A stretch of 64,000 nt of DNA, from the NCBI GenBank assembly GCA_937907535.1, contig CALCID010000008.1:15393-79392 (forward strand), given 5' to 3'. The translations under genes and the position numbers were made by a program. Below the pieces are notes generated by a model. The model was not told where the DNA came from, searched no databases, and saw only the letters and a list, made by a program, of their open reading frames with translations. Positions 16,129 through 24,737 of the stretch are shown here, piece by piece (positions within the stretch are counted from its first letter, which is position 1; each line of letters begins with the position of its first letter). This DNA is from an uncultured bacterium. GTDB lineage: Bacteria; Gemmatimonadota; Gemmatimonadetes; Longimicrobiales; RSA9.

Positions 16129-16144
16129 GGCAATCCACGTTCCA
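16129..16144 (-). promoter_or_regulatory. Sigma-54 (-24/-12) promoter upstream of flgB
   Basis: The minus strand reads TGGAAC-GTGGA-TTGCC, with exact GG-N10-GC spacing and a TTGC -12 element. It lies about 75 nt upstream of the flgB ATG and directly downstream of a sigma-54 activator gene. Confidence 0.6.
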
Positions 16145-16392
16145 ATCGCGGCAACGCGAAAAAATGCCCCGCGCGCGGGCCCGTCACGCCCCCTCGAACA
16201 CCAGCGCAAGTCGTCCGTGGACAATGACTTGGAAGATCAGGCAGGAACTGCGGTCACCGCGACGGGATCGCGCGGGCCGCGATCAGCGGCTGCGCCCCGG
16301 AACACCCCGGAGCGGCAGATCTTTCCGCGCTCGGCCGGATGCATTTTCCGCCGGCCGGCGGCTTCGTCACCCGCGCCGACCGGCCCGGCCGC

Positions 16393-17853
16393 TCATTCCG
16401 ATTCGTTTTCGAATTTGAATTGGAAACCGGATTCCGGATTATTGAGCTTGTTCCGGAGGGTGCGTACGCTGATGCCGAGGAGTTCCGCCGCGCGCGTGCG
16501 GTTGCCGTCCGTCGCCTCCAGCGCGCGACAGATGAGCTCGCGCTCGACCTCGGCGAGGTTGAGCGAGTTGAGGACGATGGTCGGCTCGGAGCCGTTCCCG
16601 GTCCCGGCGCCGTGCGTGCCGGTCGTCGCGGCCGCGGCGGCCGCCGTGCTGCGCGTCCCGGTGGTCGTGGCGACCTGCTTCACCAGCCCGAAGCGCTGCG
16701 GCTCGAACGACTCCGGCCGGAGCTGCCGCCCCGGGCTCAGGATCACCGCCCGCTCCACCGCGTGAGCCAGTTCCCGGATGTTGCCGGGCCAGTCCTGCGC
16801 CTGGAGCCACGCAATGGTCTCCGGCGGGATCGGGCCGATCTCCTTCCCGATCTCCGCCGCCGTCCGCTTCGCGAAGTGCTGCGCCAGCAGCGGGATGTCC
16901 TCCTTCCGCTCCCGCAGCGGCGGGACGTGGATCGGGATCGCGTTCAGCCGATAGTACAGGTCTTCCCGGAAGCTGCCCTTCGCGACCTCGTCGGCCAGAT
17001 CCCGGTTCGTCGTGGCCACGATCCGGACATCCACCCGGACGGGCGTGGTCCCGCCCACCCGCTCGAACTCCTGCTCCTGCAGCACCCGGAGCAGCTTGGC
17101 CTGGAGGTCGAGCCGCATCTCCGAGATCTCGTCCAGGAGGAGCGTGCCCCGGTGCGCCCGCTCGAACGCGCCCTTCACCTGCCGGATCGCGCCCGTGAAC
17201 GCACCCTTTTCGTGCCCGAACAGCGTGCTCTCCACCAGGTTCTCGGGCAGCGCCGCGCAGTTCACGCTGATGAACGGGCCGTCCCGCCGGTCGCTCAGCG
17301 TGTGCACCGCCCGGGCGAGCAGCTCCTTCCCCGTGCCCGACTCGCCCTGGAGCAGGACCGTGGCGCGCGTGGCCGCGACCGTCCGGATCGTCTCGAGGAT
17401 CCGCTTCAGCGCCGGACTCTCGCCGATGATCTCCCGCTCCACCCCCAGCTCCGCCACCCGGTGCCGCAACGCTGCGTTCTCCCGCTTCAAACGCGTGAAC
17501 TCCAGCGCCTGGCTCACCACCAGCTCGAGCTGCTTCGGACGGATCGGCTTCGTCACGTAGTCGACCGCCCCGGCTTTCACCGCCGTCACCGCGTGCTCGA
17601 TCGAGCCGTAACCGGTGACCATCACCAGCGGGACGTCGTAACCCCGCTCCTGCATCTCCTGCAGCAGCTCCAGCCCCGTCCCGCCCGGCATCCGGTAGTC
17701 CGACACCACCAGGTCGATCTCGCCCCGCGCGAGCACCGTGAGCGCCGCGTCCATGTTCCGCACGCACACTACACGATGCCCCGCCCGCTCCAGCGCTTCC
17801 TTCAGCACCGCGAGCGTGGTGGGCTCATCATCGACGCACAGAATCATGGCCAT
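16393..17853 (-). CDS. Sigma-54-dependent response regulator (NtrC/FleR/FlrC-like enhancer-binding protein)
   Basis: 486 aa. It has a receiver domain (ILCVDDEP...[18 protein letters not shown]), an AAA+ sigma-54 interaction domain ([20 protein letters not shown] loop in [20 protein letters not shown]), and a C-terminal Fis-type HTH ([20 protein letters not shown]). Confidence 0.95.
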   Translation of the reverse strand: MAMILCVDDEPTTLAVLKEALERAGHRVVCVRNMDAALTVLARGEIDLVVSDYRMPGGTGLELLQEMQERGYDVPLVMVTGYGSIEHAVTAVKAGAVDYVTKPIRPKQLELVVSQALEFTRLKRENAALRHRVAELGVEREIIGESPALKRILETIRTVAATRATVLLQGESGTGKELLARAVHTLSDRRDGPFISVNCAALPENLVESTLFGHEKGAFTGAIRQVKGAFERAHRGTLLLDEISEMRLDLQAKLLRVLQEQEFERVGGTTPVRVDVRIVATTNRDLADEVAKGSFREDLYYRLNAIPIHVPPLRERKEDIPLLAQHFAKRTAAEIGKEIGPIPPETIAWLQAQDWPGNIRELAHAVERAVILSPGRQLRPESFEPQRFGLVKQVATTTGTRSTAAAAAATTGTHGAGTGNGSEPTIVLNSLNLAEVERELICRALEATDGNRTRAAELLGISVRTLRNKLNNPESGFQFKFENESE

Positions 17854-17875
17854 GGGAGTCGCTCGTCCGACGGAC

Positions 17876-17903
17876 TAAAGTCTTCAACCCCGAGTGCCGA
17901 TAT
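17876..17903 (+). promoter_or_regulatory. Sigma-28 (FliA)-type promoter upstream of flgL
   Basis: TAAAGTCT-N12-GCCGATAT compared with the consensus TAAAGTTT-N11-GCCGATAA. It lies about 78 nt upstream of the flgL GTG. Confidence 0.55.
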
Positions 17904-17980
17904 TGTGACGTGGCAGAATACCGCATGGCGGGAGGCTGCGCAACGGCCAGCAACATTGTCCACGGAGATCGGGGGCGAAA

Positions 17981-18856
17981 GTGAGAGTCACCCACGCGGG
18001 AACGAGCCGTACCCTGCTCACCGAATTGCAGCAGAATCAGCGGCGGATTGAGGACGCCCAGGCACGTCTCGTCACCGGCCGACGGGTCCGGACCGTATCC
18101 GATGATCCCGTGGCGGCCGCCGCGATCATGCGGACCTCCAGCGAGCTCCGCGCCCTCGGCCAGTACCGGCGCAACGTGGTCTACGCCGAGATGCGCCTGG
18201 CCGCCGAGGAGCACGCCCTCGACCGGCTCAACGAGATCATGATCCGCGCCCGCGAGCTCGCCGTCTCCCAGGCCGACGCCACCGCCAACGAGATGACCCG
18301 CGCCGCCGCCCTCGCCGAGGTCGAGCGCCTCATCGAGTCCGTGACCCAGCTCGGTAATACCCGCCTGGCCGGCGGCTACCTCTTCGCCGGCGACGCCGTC
18401 GACCGCCCGCCCTTCGAGAGCACCGGCGTCCTCGCCCCCGACATCACCGGCATGCAGGGCGTCAAGATCGCGCCCAACTACGTCGTGGCCGTGACCCACA
18501 ACGCCAAGCAGGTATTCGAAGACACCGGGGTCCTCGCCTCCCTGCACCGCCTCCGGGACGCCCTCGCCGCCAACGACGCCGAGAGCGTCGCCCAGAGCAT
18601 CCCCGAGCTCACTCACGCGTTCGAGGAGATCCAGTACCTCATCGGCGAGGTCGGCGCACAGGCCAATCAGTTGACCCTGGCGGGCGATAGCGCGGACGCC
18701 CTGACCGCCGAGCTCACGATCCAGCGCTCCCACCTCGAGGACGCGGACTTCGAAGCCGCCATCATGGAGATCGCGTCCCGGCAGACCACGCTGCAGGCCG
18801 CAATGCTCGCCACGTCCAGGATCCTGAGCATGCGGCTGACCGACTACATCCGCTGA
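17981..18856 (+). CDS. flgL: Flagellar hook-associated protein 3 FlgL (flagellin-fold junction protein)
   Basis: 291 aa with a GTG start. It contains RLVTGRRVRTVSDDPVAAAAIMRTSSELRALGQYRRN (flagellin N-domain) and a C-terminal DADFEAAIMEIASRQTTLQAAMLATSRILSMRLTDYI. Confidence 0.85.
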   Translation: MRVTHAGTSRTLLTELQQNQRRIEDAQARLVTGRRVRTVSDDPVAAAAIMRTSSELRALGQYRRNVVYAEMRLAAEEHALDRLNEIMIRARELAVSQADATANEMTRAAALAEVERLIESVTQLGNTRLAGGYLFAGDAVDRPPFESTGVLAPDITGMQGVKIAPNYVVAVTHNAKQVFEDTGVLASLHRLRDALAANDAESVAQSIPELTHAFEEIQYLIGEVGAQANQLTLAGDSADALTAELTIQRSHLEDADFEAAIMEIASRQTTLQAAMLATSRILSMRLTDYIR

Positions 18857-18896
18857 CCCCTCGCGCCTCCCGGCGAGTCCTCCCACGCCAAAGGAA

Positions 18897-18931
18897 TCGA
18901 CCCCGCCGCGTCGTTTGCACGGCGGGGTCGA
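18897..18931. terminator. Hairpin between convergent genes (possible bidirectional terminator)
   Basis: A 12-bp perfect stem (tcgaccccgccg / cggcggggtcga) with an 11-nt loop. It sits between the flgL stop (18856) and the stop of the minus-strand gene at 18971. Confidence 0.5.
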
Positions 18932-18970
18932 CGTCATCCGGGACCCCTCGCGGGCGCCCCCGGAACCATC

Positions 18971-19663
18971 TCACCAGTGACGGTCGAACCGGTCCCGGCG
19001 ATGCTTCGGCCGGTCCCTGAAATCCCACGGATCCCACCAGAACCCGTCCACGAAGGGCGCGCCGCCGAACGGGTCGAACGGCCAGAACCCGGCGAACGGA
19101 TCGAACCACGGCGCCGTCGGGACGCACACCCCGCTCACGGCGAAGTCGCCCCGGCCGAAAGGCGCCCGGAACGGGTCGATCCCCCGCCAGCCCGGCAGCA
19201 CGAAGAGCTGGCACGACACCGAGCCGCCGAACCGGTCCAGCGCGAAGAGGCCCGGAGACCCCGGGATCAGCCGGAAAGCGCCGAACGACACGTCGTCCGG
19301 GCCCAGGACGGCTTCGCCGATCCTCGGTTCCCCCAGGGCGACGACGCGCGGTCCCACCTCCCCGGTGCCGGCACCCGCCGCCGGCACCCTCGCCATCCCG
19401 GCGCCGACCGCGACCACGCCGGCCGGCTTCGCCTCCAGCGCGGCCCTCCGCGCGCGATGCCGCTCCAGCACCGCCGCCCGCCGCGCCTCCGCCTCGGCTC
19501 GCCGCAGTGCGGCACGCTCCTCCGCCGAGGTCCGCATGTCACCCGCCGTGAGCCGGTCCACGGCGTACGCATCGCCGGACGCCTGCGCCTCGGCGTTTCC
19601 CGCCGCGCCCGGAACCACCATGGACGCCGCGAGCCCGAAGAGAACCAGCCGTATCGCTTTCAT
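18971..19663 (-). CDS. Secreted hypothetical protein with an aromatic/Asp/Pro-rich C-terminus
   Basis: Start chosen at the ATG at 19663 (MKAIRLVLFGLAASMVVPGAAGNAEAQ, a signal peptide). The centre is a charged helix. The C-terminus reads WFDPFAGFWPFDPFGGAPFVDGFWWDPWDFRDRPKHRRDRFDRHW. I do not recognise the family. Confidence 0.6.
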   Translation of the reverse strand: MKAIRLVLFGLAASMVVPGAAGNAEAQASGDAYAVDRLTAGDMRTSAEERAALRRAEAEARRAAVLERHRARRAALEAKPAGVVAVGAGMARVPAAGAGTGEVGPRVVALGEPRIGEAVLGPDDVSFGAFRLIPGSPGLFALDRFGGSVSCQLFVLPGWRGIDPFRAPFGRGDFAVSGVCVPTAPWFDPFAGFWPFDPFGGAPFVDGFWWDPWDFRDRPKHRRDRFDRHW

Positions 19664-20525
19664 GTCGCCTCCCGTCTCGCGTTGCGCCACCCCTCCCCAC
19701 CCCGCCGCGCGTCCCCGCGCGCAGCCCGCCTCGCAGGGACGCCCGGCATGTGCCTCCTCCCCCGCCCACCCAACCGCCGTATCGTACCAACGACCGGGCC
19801 CGCCCCGCTGCACCCGGAATCACCCCGACCGGGCCCCTATAGGGCCATACTCGCGTCGAGGACTCGCTCGGCTACGTGTCCACCGACCCATCCCCGGGCC
19901 GCCGAACCCGTCCGCAGCCACCGCTACGGCCCGGATCCATGACCACCCGCGGCCGAACGACCTCCTTGCCCGCTCCCCGCCCGCCCGCGCCCCCGTACGC
20001 CGCCTCCGACCCGCGTCGACGCCCGCCCGAGCCCTGCTCCCGCTCCGAGGCCACGACCACCACCTGTCCCCCACGCCGCATCCGTGGGAGCAACCGGCAA
20101 CGGCATTCGGCTCCGCCCGTGGGTCGGATACGGGTGCACCGATTCGGTGAGGATCGGCCGACCCCGGCACCGCTCCCTTCGTTCACGCCCCCCGGAGGCC
20201 CCCTGCCCCCATGGTCGGCGACGTATGGCGTCCCCCCGACCCGCCCGCAGAACCACCCCGGGGCCACGCCCGCGAACGCCGAGAGCCGTCCCGGCCCCTC
20301 GCGCGTCGGCAACCGATCCGCCGCCCCTCCCCCCGGGGCGGACCCGAGCGTCCACGCCCGCACACCGCCCGCCCCCGTTGCCCCCACCAGCCCCACGCCC
20401 CCCACACCTGGCCCTCCCTCACAATGCGCCCCCGCATCGCCTTGTGCAAGGATCTCTCCGGCCGTATTCTTGCCACACGCGCAACCACCCGGGCTTCCTC
20501 ACCCGCCAACCAGCGAGGTCTAGAC

Positions 20526-21068
20526 ATGTGGGCCCTGATCATCCTCGCCGTGTTCGCCGTCGGGATCATCCTCATCTACAACGGCCTCGTCAAGTTGCGC
20601 GTGCAGTGCGACAACGCGTGGGCCGACATCGACGTCCAGCTCAAGCGCCGCTACGACCTGATCCCCAACCTGGTCGAGACGGTCAAGGGCTACGCCTCCC
20701 ACGAGCGCGACACCCTCGAGGCCGTGATCAACGCCCGCGCCCGCGCCATGAGCGCCCAGGGCCCCGCCGCCAGGGCCGAGGCCGAGAGCGCACTGACCGG
20801 CGCGCTCCGGTCCCTCTTCGCGCTCTCGGAGGCCTACCCCCAGCTCCGTGCCGTCGAGAGCTTCTCGAACCTCCAGAACCAGTTGAGCCAGATCGAGGAC
20901 GCGATCCAGAACGCCCGTCGCTACTACAACGCCATCGTCCGGGACCTCAACACCAGGATCGAGCAGTTCCCGTCCAACATCATCGCCCGCTCCTTCGGCT
21001 TCAAGCCGCGGGAGTTCTTCGAGATCCCCGATACCGAGCGGGACGCGCCGCGGGTCAGCTTCTCCTGA
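20526..21068 (+). CDS. lemA: LemA family protein
   Basis: 180 aa from the ATG at 20526. It has an N-terminal TM helix followed by YNGLVKLRVQCDNAWADIDVQLKRRYDLIPNLVETVKGYASHERDTLEAVINAR...YYNAIVRDLNTRIEQFPSNIIA, which is typical LemA. Confidence 0.9.
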   Translation: MWALIILAVFAVGIILIYNGLVKLRVQCDNAWADIDVQLKRRYDLIPNLVETVKGYASHERDTLEAVINARARAMSAQGPAARAEAESALTGALRSLFALSEAYPQLRAVESFSNLQNQLSQIEDAIQNARRYYNAIVRDLNTRIEQFPSNIIARSFGFKPREFFEIPDTERDAPRVSFS

Positions 21069-21204
21069 CGGCCTCCCTTCTGCCGCGGGCCGCTGGCGGG
21101 CACTGCGCCCGCGTGGCCCGCAACCGCGCGCCGGGCGTCGGGCCAGTGGAACTCTGAGTCGGCGGCGGGGCTAGATGAACGCGAGCGCTGATGAAAGGAG
21201 AACG

Positions 21205-21759
21205 ATGGATCAGCTCGTCGTCGTCGCACACCCCGAGCCGATTCCGCTGGAGGCGAGGCGGATCGAGCACGATGCCACGCCCTCCGGCGCCGTCGCGCTC
21301 GCGTACTATTACAACGGCAACATGATCGCCCGCGGCGTCGTGGCCGAGGAGGCCATCGACGCCATCCAGGCCCTGCTCAGCACCCCGATCTCCGTGGCGC
21401 TCGCCGCCACCGAGGATGAGCACGGGAACATCGAAGCGCGCGTCTGCCTGATCCTCCCCATGGACCCGGAGCAGCTGCGCCGCGAGGCCGAGGCGGACGA
21501 CGAGGACGATGAGCCGTGGAAGGCGAGCGTGCCTGCGCCGCCCACCGAGATCTTCGACGGTGGCTACGCCACGGAGGAGGAGCCGCGCGGCCACCACATC
21601 GCGCTCCTCCCCATCGGCAACGTGGTCCGCGGTTACGCCGACCGCTCCTACCCCGAGGACATCGCGGGAGACGTCCGCGAGATGCTCGAGAACCTCCTCG
21701 CCGGGCGGGCCAAGGACGCCGTGGCCAAGGCCATCGACGACCTGCTGAACAGCATCTGA
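21205..21759 (+). CDS. Hypothetical acidic protein
   Basis: Start chosen at the ATG at 21205, preceded by AAGGAGA. It has high third-position GC. I recognise no motif. Confidence 0.6.
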   Translation: MDQLVVVAHPEPIPLEARRIEHDATPSGAVALAYYYNGNMIARGVVAEEAIDAIQALLSTPISVALAATEDEHGNIEARVCLILPMDPEQLRREAEADDEDDEPWKASVPAPPTEIFDGGYATEEEPRGHHIALLPIGNVVRGYADRSYPEDIAGDVREMLENLLAGRAKDAVAKAIDDLLNSI

Positions 21760-21765
21760 CCGGGC

Positions 21766-23049
21766 CTACACCGCCCGCAGCGCCTGCTCCAGGTCCGCGA
21801 TGATGTCATCCGGATGCTCGATCCCCACCGAGATCCGGATCATCCCGGGCGTGATCCCCATCTGCCGCTGCGCATCCGGCGGGATGTCCGAATGGGTCAT
21901 CGTGGCCGGATGCTCGGCCAGGCTCTCCGTGCCCCCGAGACTCACCGCGAGCTTCACGAGCTGCAGCGCGTTCAGGACCCGGAACGCCTCCGCCTCGCCG
22001 CCGCGCACCTCGAACGAAAACGTCGCGCCCGGCGCCAGACACTGCCGGTCGTAGATCGCCCGCAACGGCCCGTCCTCGGGCAGGAACCCCAGGTAGTGCA
22101 CCCGCTCCACCTTCGGGTGGTCCCGCAGGAACTCCGCCACGTAGCGCGCGTTCTTCATCTGGCTCGTCATCCGGAGCTTCAGCGTCTCCAGGCTCCGCAT
22201 GAGCAGCCAGCCGGTCCACGGCCCGACCATTGTGCCCAGGATCGTGCGCATCCCGCGCACGGACGAGAGCAGCGCCTCCGAGCCGAGGCATGCGCCGGCA
22301 ATGACGTCGCTGTGTCCGCCCACGTACTTCGTGAGCGAGTAGAGCACCAGGTCCGCGCCGTGCTTCAACGGGTGCTGCCACAGCGGCCCGAGGAAGGTGT
22401 TGTCCACGGCGACGAGGACTCGGCGTCCCCCGTCGCTCAGCGGACGCGCCACCTCCGCGCAACGCGCAATGTCCACCAGCGCGTTCGTCGGGTTCGCCGG
22501 CGTCTCCACGTAGATCATGGCGACCTGGCCCAGCCCTTTCGCCTCCTCCACCGCCGCCTCCAGCGCGCCCTCCACCCCGGCCGGGAACGTGACCCGCTGG
22601 ATCCCGAACCGCGGCAGGATGTTCCGGATCAGGAACTCGGTCCCGCCGTAGACCGGCTCGCTGTGCACGATCACGTCCCCCGGCTGGAGGAACGTCAGTA
22701 GCGTGGTGGAGATCGCGGCCATTCCGCTGGAGAAGGTGAGCGCGGATTCCGCCTCGTCCCAGAGCGTCAGCCGGTCCTCGAGGATCTCCAGGTCCGGATT
22801 GTTGATCCGCGAGTAGATCAGCCCGGGCTCCTCCGCGGGGCCCCGCTCCCGCAGCCCGTACGCCAGCTCGAAGAATGCCTTGCCCTCCTCCGCCGTCTCG
22901 AACACGAACGTGGAGGTCTGGAAGATGGGGCTCTTCAACGCGCCTTCGGACAGCCGCGGGTCGTACCCGTAGCTCATCATCAGCGACTCGGGCCGCAGCG
23001 CGTGTCCGTCGATGTGGCGCTTGCGGTACCGCTCTTCCCGTTGCGTCAT
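21766..23049 (-). CDS. PLP-dependent Cys/Met metabolism enzyme (methionine gamma-lyase / cystathionine gamma-synthase family)
   Basis: Start at the ATG at 23049 with an AGGAGAG RBS. It contains SRINNPDLEILEDRL, the PLP-lysine motif YSLTKYVGGHSDVIAG, and a C-terminal SLGGTESLAEHPATMTHS. Confidence 0.9.
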   Translation of the reverse strand: MTQREERYRKRHIDGHALRPESLMMSYGYDPRLSEGALKSPIFQTSTFVFETAEEGKAFFELAYGLRERGPAEEPGLIYSRINNPDLEILEDRLTLWDEAESALTFSSGMAAISTTLLTFLQPGDVIVHSEPVYGGTEFLIRNILPRFGIQRVTFPAGVEGALEAAVEEAKGLGQVAMIYVETPANPTNALVDIARCAEVARPLSDGGRRVLVAVDNTFLGPLWQHPLKHGADLVLYSLTKYVGGHSDVIAGACLGSEALLSSVRGMRTILGTMVGPWTGWLLMRSLETLKLRMTSQMKNARYVAEFLRDHPKVERVHYLGFLPEDGPLRAIYDRQCLAPGATFSFEVRGGEAEAFRVLNALQLVKLAVSLGGTESLAEHPATMTHSDIPPDAQRQMGITPGMIRISVGIEHPDDIIADLEQALRAV

Positions 23050-23182
23050 GGGCTTCTCTCCTGCTCCGGAGTGGTCGATCATGATGCATCCCCGAGGCGG
23101 GTCCGGGCAACCGCGGCGCCGCACCGCCCACGGCCGCGCCCCCGGTCGTGGAAATTTCCGCGGATCCCGCTAACTTCAGGGT

Positions 23183-24157
23183 ATGGACGGATCCTCCGAA
23201 ATCGGTCGTGAAGAGGCCCGCTTCCGGGAAGTGTTCCGCACGCTCCACGCGGACCACCTCGCATGTGCGGGAGATGAGTGGTTGACCGCCCCGTGCACGG
23301 GCCCGGATGGGAAGCCCGTTGCGCGCCCGATCGTCTGGTCGCGGCGCAACGGCCCGTGGACCCGCGTCGAGGTCCTCTGGGTCGGCGCCGCACCCGGCAA
23401 CAGGGGCGGACGCGGCTCCGGAGACATGGGCGCCCACGGCACCCGCATCCCGTTCGGTGGCGACGTCGCCGGGGCGAACCTCGACGTGCTCCTCGGCTCC
23501 ATCGGCCTCGACCGGAACACCACGTTCATAACCGCTGCGCTGAACCAGCTGCCCGCCAGGGGCGGCGGCGAGCCGACGCCCGCCGAGATCGTCTCGCCCG
23601 CCGGCAACTACAGGAGCAGTCTGCACGCGCTCCGGGACACGGTCCTCGCGGCCGGCCCCCGCCTCATCGTGGCACTCGGCAACGTTGCGCTCCGGGCGAC
23701 CGTCGCCGCGGGCGTCGTTGACGCCGCCCCGCCGGCCCGGAAATCCGGCGATCCCGGTTCGGCGCTCTGGCTCCCCACCGCCGCGCGGCTCGAAAAGCTC
23801 GGTTTCCGCCGCGGCGAGCCGGCCGTATGGACCGAATTCGCACCTCCCGACCCCGCCTTCGTGCGTGCGTGGCACGACAACTGGGGCGATGCACCGCTCC
23901 CCGCGATCCTCTGGCTCACCCACCCGAGCGCCCAGAACATGAGCCCCTTCGCCGGGCGCCATACCGCGTTCCACCGGCGCATGGTGGAGGCCCGGGACGC
24001 GCTCCGGGGAGCTGCTTGCCGCGTGCTCGGCCGCGAGCCTCCCCGGGTCCGTCCGGAACCGCCCGCCACCGGCATCTATGCGCTCCCCGAATGGGTGTCC
24101 CGCATCGGACCGTACCACGCCCGGCTGGACCGCCTCTGGCGCGAGCACGGCCTGTGA
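23183..24157 (+). CDS. Uracil-DNA glycosylase superfamily-like protein
   Basis: 324 aa. It contains VLWVGAAPGNRGG (resembling motif A, GxxPG) and LWLTHPSAQN (resembling motif B, HPS). The long C-terminal extension has no recognised motif. The assignment is to superfamily level only. Confidence 0.65.
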   Translation: MDGSSEIGREEARFREVFRTLHADHLACAGDEWLTAPCTGPDGKPVARPIVWSRRNGPWTRVEVLWVGAAPGNRGGRGSGDMGAHGTRIPFGGDVAGANLDVLLGSIGLDRNTTFITAALNQLPARGGGEPTPAEIVSPAGNYRSSLHALRDTVLAAGPRLIVALGNVALRATVAAGVVDAAPPARKSGDPGSALWLPTAARLEKLGFRRGEPAVWTEFAPPDPAFVRAWHDNWGDAPLPAILWLTHPSAQNMSPFAGRHTAFHRRMVEARDALRGAACRVLGREPPRVRPEPPATGIYALPEWVSRIGPYHARLDRLWREHGL

Positions 24158-24210
24158 CATGCGCTTCGACCCGTTGCATAAATCGTTACGGGCCATTACC
24201 TATAATCGAT

Positions 24211-24450
24211 ATGGTCTATTACGCTCGCGTGCCGCTCAGGAAAAAGATCCCTACGGTTCTCGTGCGCCTGGACACCGATGACGGCGTGGTCACGTTCCGG
24301 GCCCGCTGGCACCGCTCGGCGCTCGAGCTCCAGCGCGCCATCCTCTTCCGGCTCCGCCAGGGCCACCCGCTCTGGTTCGAGGATGAGTGGGGCCACTCCC
24401 ACTGCTTCAAGCCCGAGCGCGTCTGGGGCGCCCTCGTCGACGGCCGCTGA
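24211..24450 (+). CDS. Small hypothetical protein (79 aa)
   Basis: MVYYARVPLRKKIPTVLVRLDTDDGVVTFRARWHRSALELQRAILFRLRQGHPLWFEDEWGHSHCFKPERVWGALVDGR. It has high third-position GC. A perfect TATAAT lies 4 nt upstream of the ATG. Confidence 0.5.
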   Translation: MVYYARVPLRKKIPTVLVRLDTDDGVVTFRARWHRSALELQRAILFRLRQGHPLWFEDEWGHSHCFKPERVWGALVDGR

Positions 24451-24737
24451 GCCGGCACGGAAGCTTCTCCGGCGCGGGCGCGTGGCCCGGCGACGTCGCC
24501 GCCCCACACCCGCGCTGCTCCGACCTGTCGCGATTTACGCCGTTCCCGCGTTATCGTTAGAACACCATTCCGCGTCGTGTCCCGCACCGCCGTGCTCCGG
24601 CGGGCCGTGGCACGCCGCTCCCGGTTCGACCTGACGAATCCGGTGCGTCGCAATGCTCGTGACTCCTTCGCCGATCGTTGCCGACCGCAACCGCCGCCCC
24701 GGCCAATCCCTGACGCGGGCGCCTCGACCCTGAATCC

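Noticed and set aside
17911-17925. TGGCAG-AATAC-CGCA, a sigma-54-looking motif upstream of flgL
   Set aside because: The GG-to-GC spacing is one nucleotide short of the strict -24/-12 geometry. The nearby sigma-28-type motif fits better.
19872-20405. Gly/Arg-rich minus-strand ORFs and Pro-rich plus-strand ORFs inside the C-skewed spacer
   Set aside because: The compositions simply mirror the C/G tracts. There are no RBS sites, no motifs, and several mutually overlapping frames.
21806-24196. 796-aa minus-strand ORF spanning two genes on opposite strands
   Set aside because: It is out of frame with the PLP enzyme gene and antisense to the UDG-like gene, and it has no motifs.
24451-24737. Possible riboswitch (cobalamin or other) in the 290-nt leader of the first TonB-dependent receptor
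   Set aside because: I found no B12-box (GCCACTG-type core) or other riboswitch signature that I know. Only an out-of-order GAATCCGGTG fragment was present. An Rfam scan would settle it.
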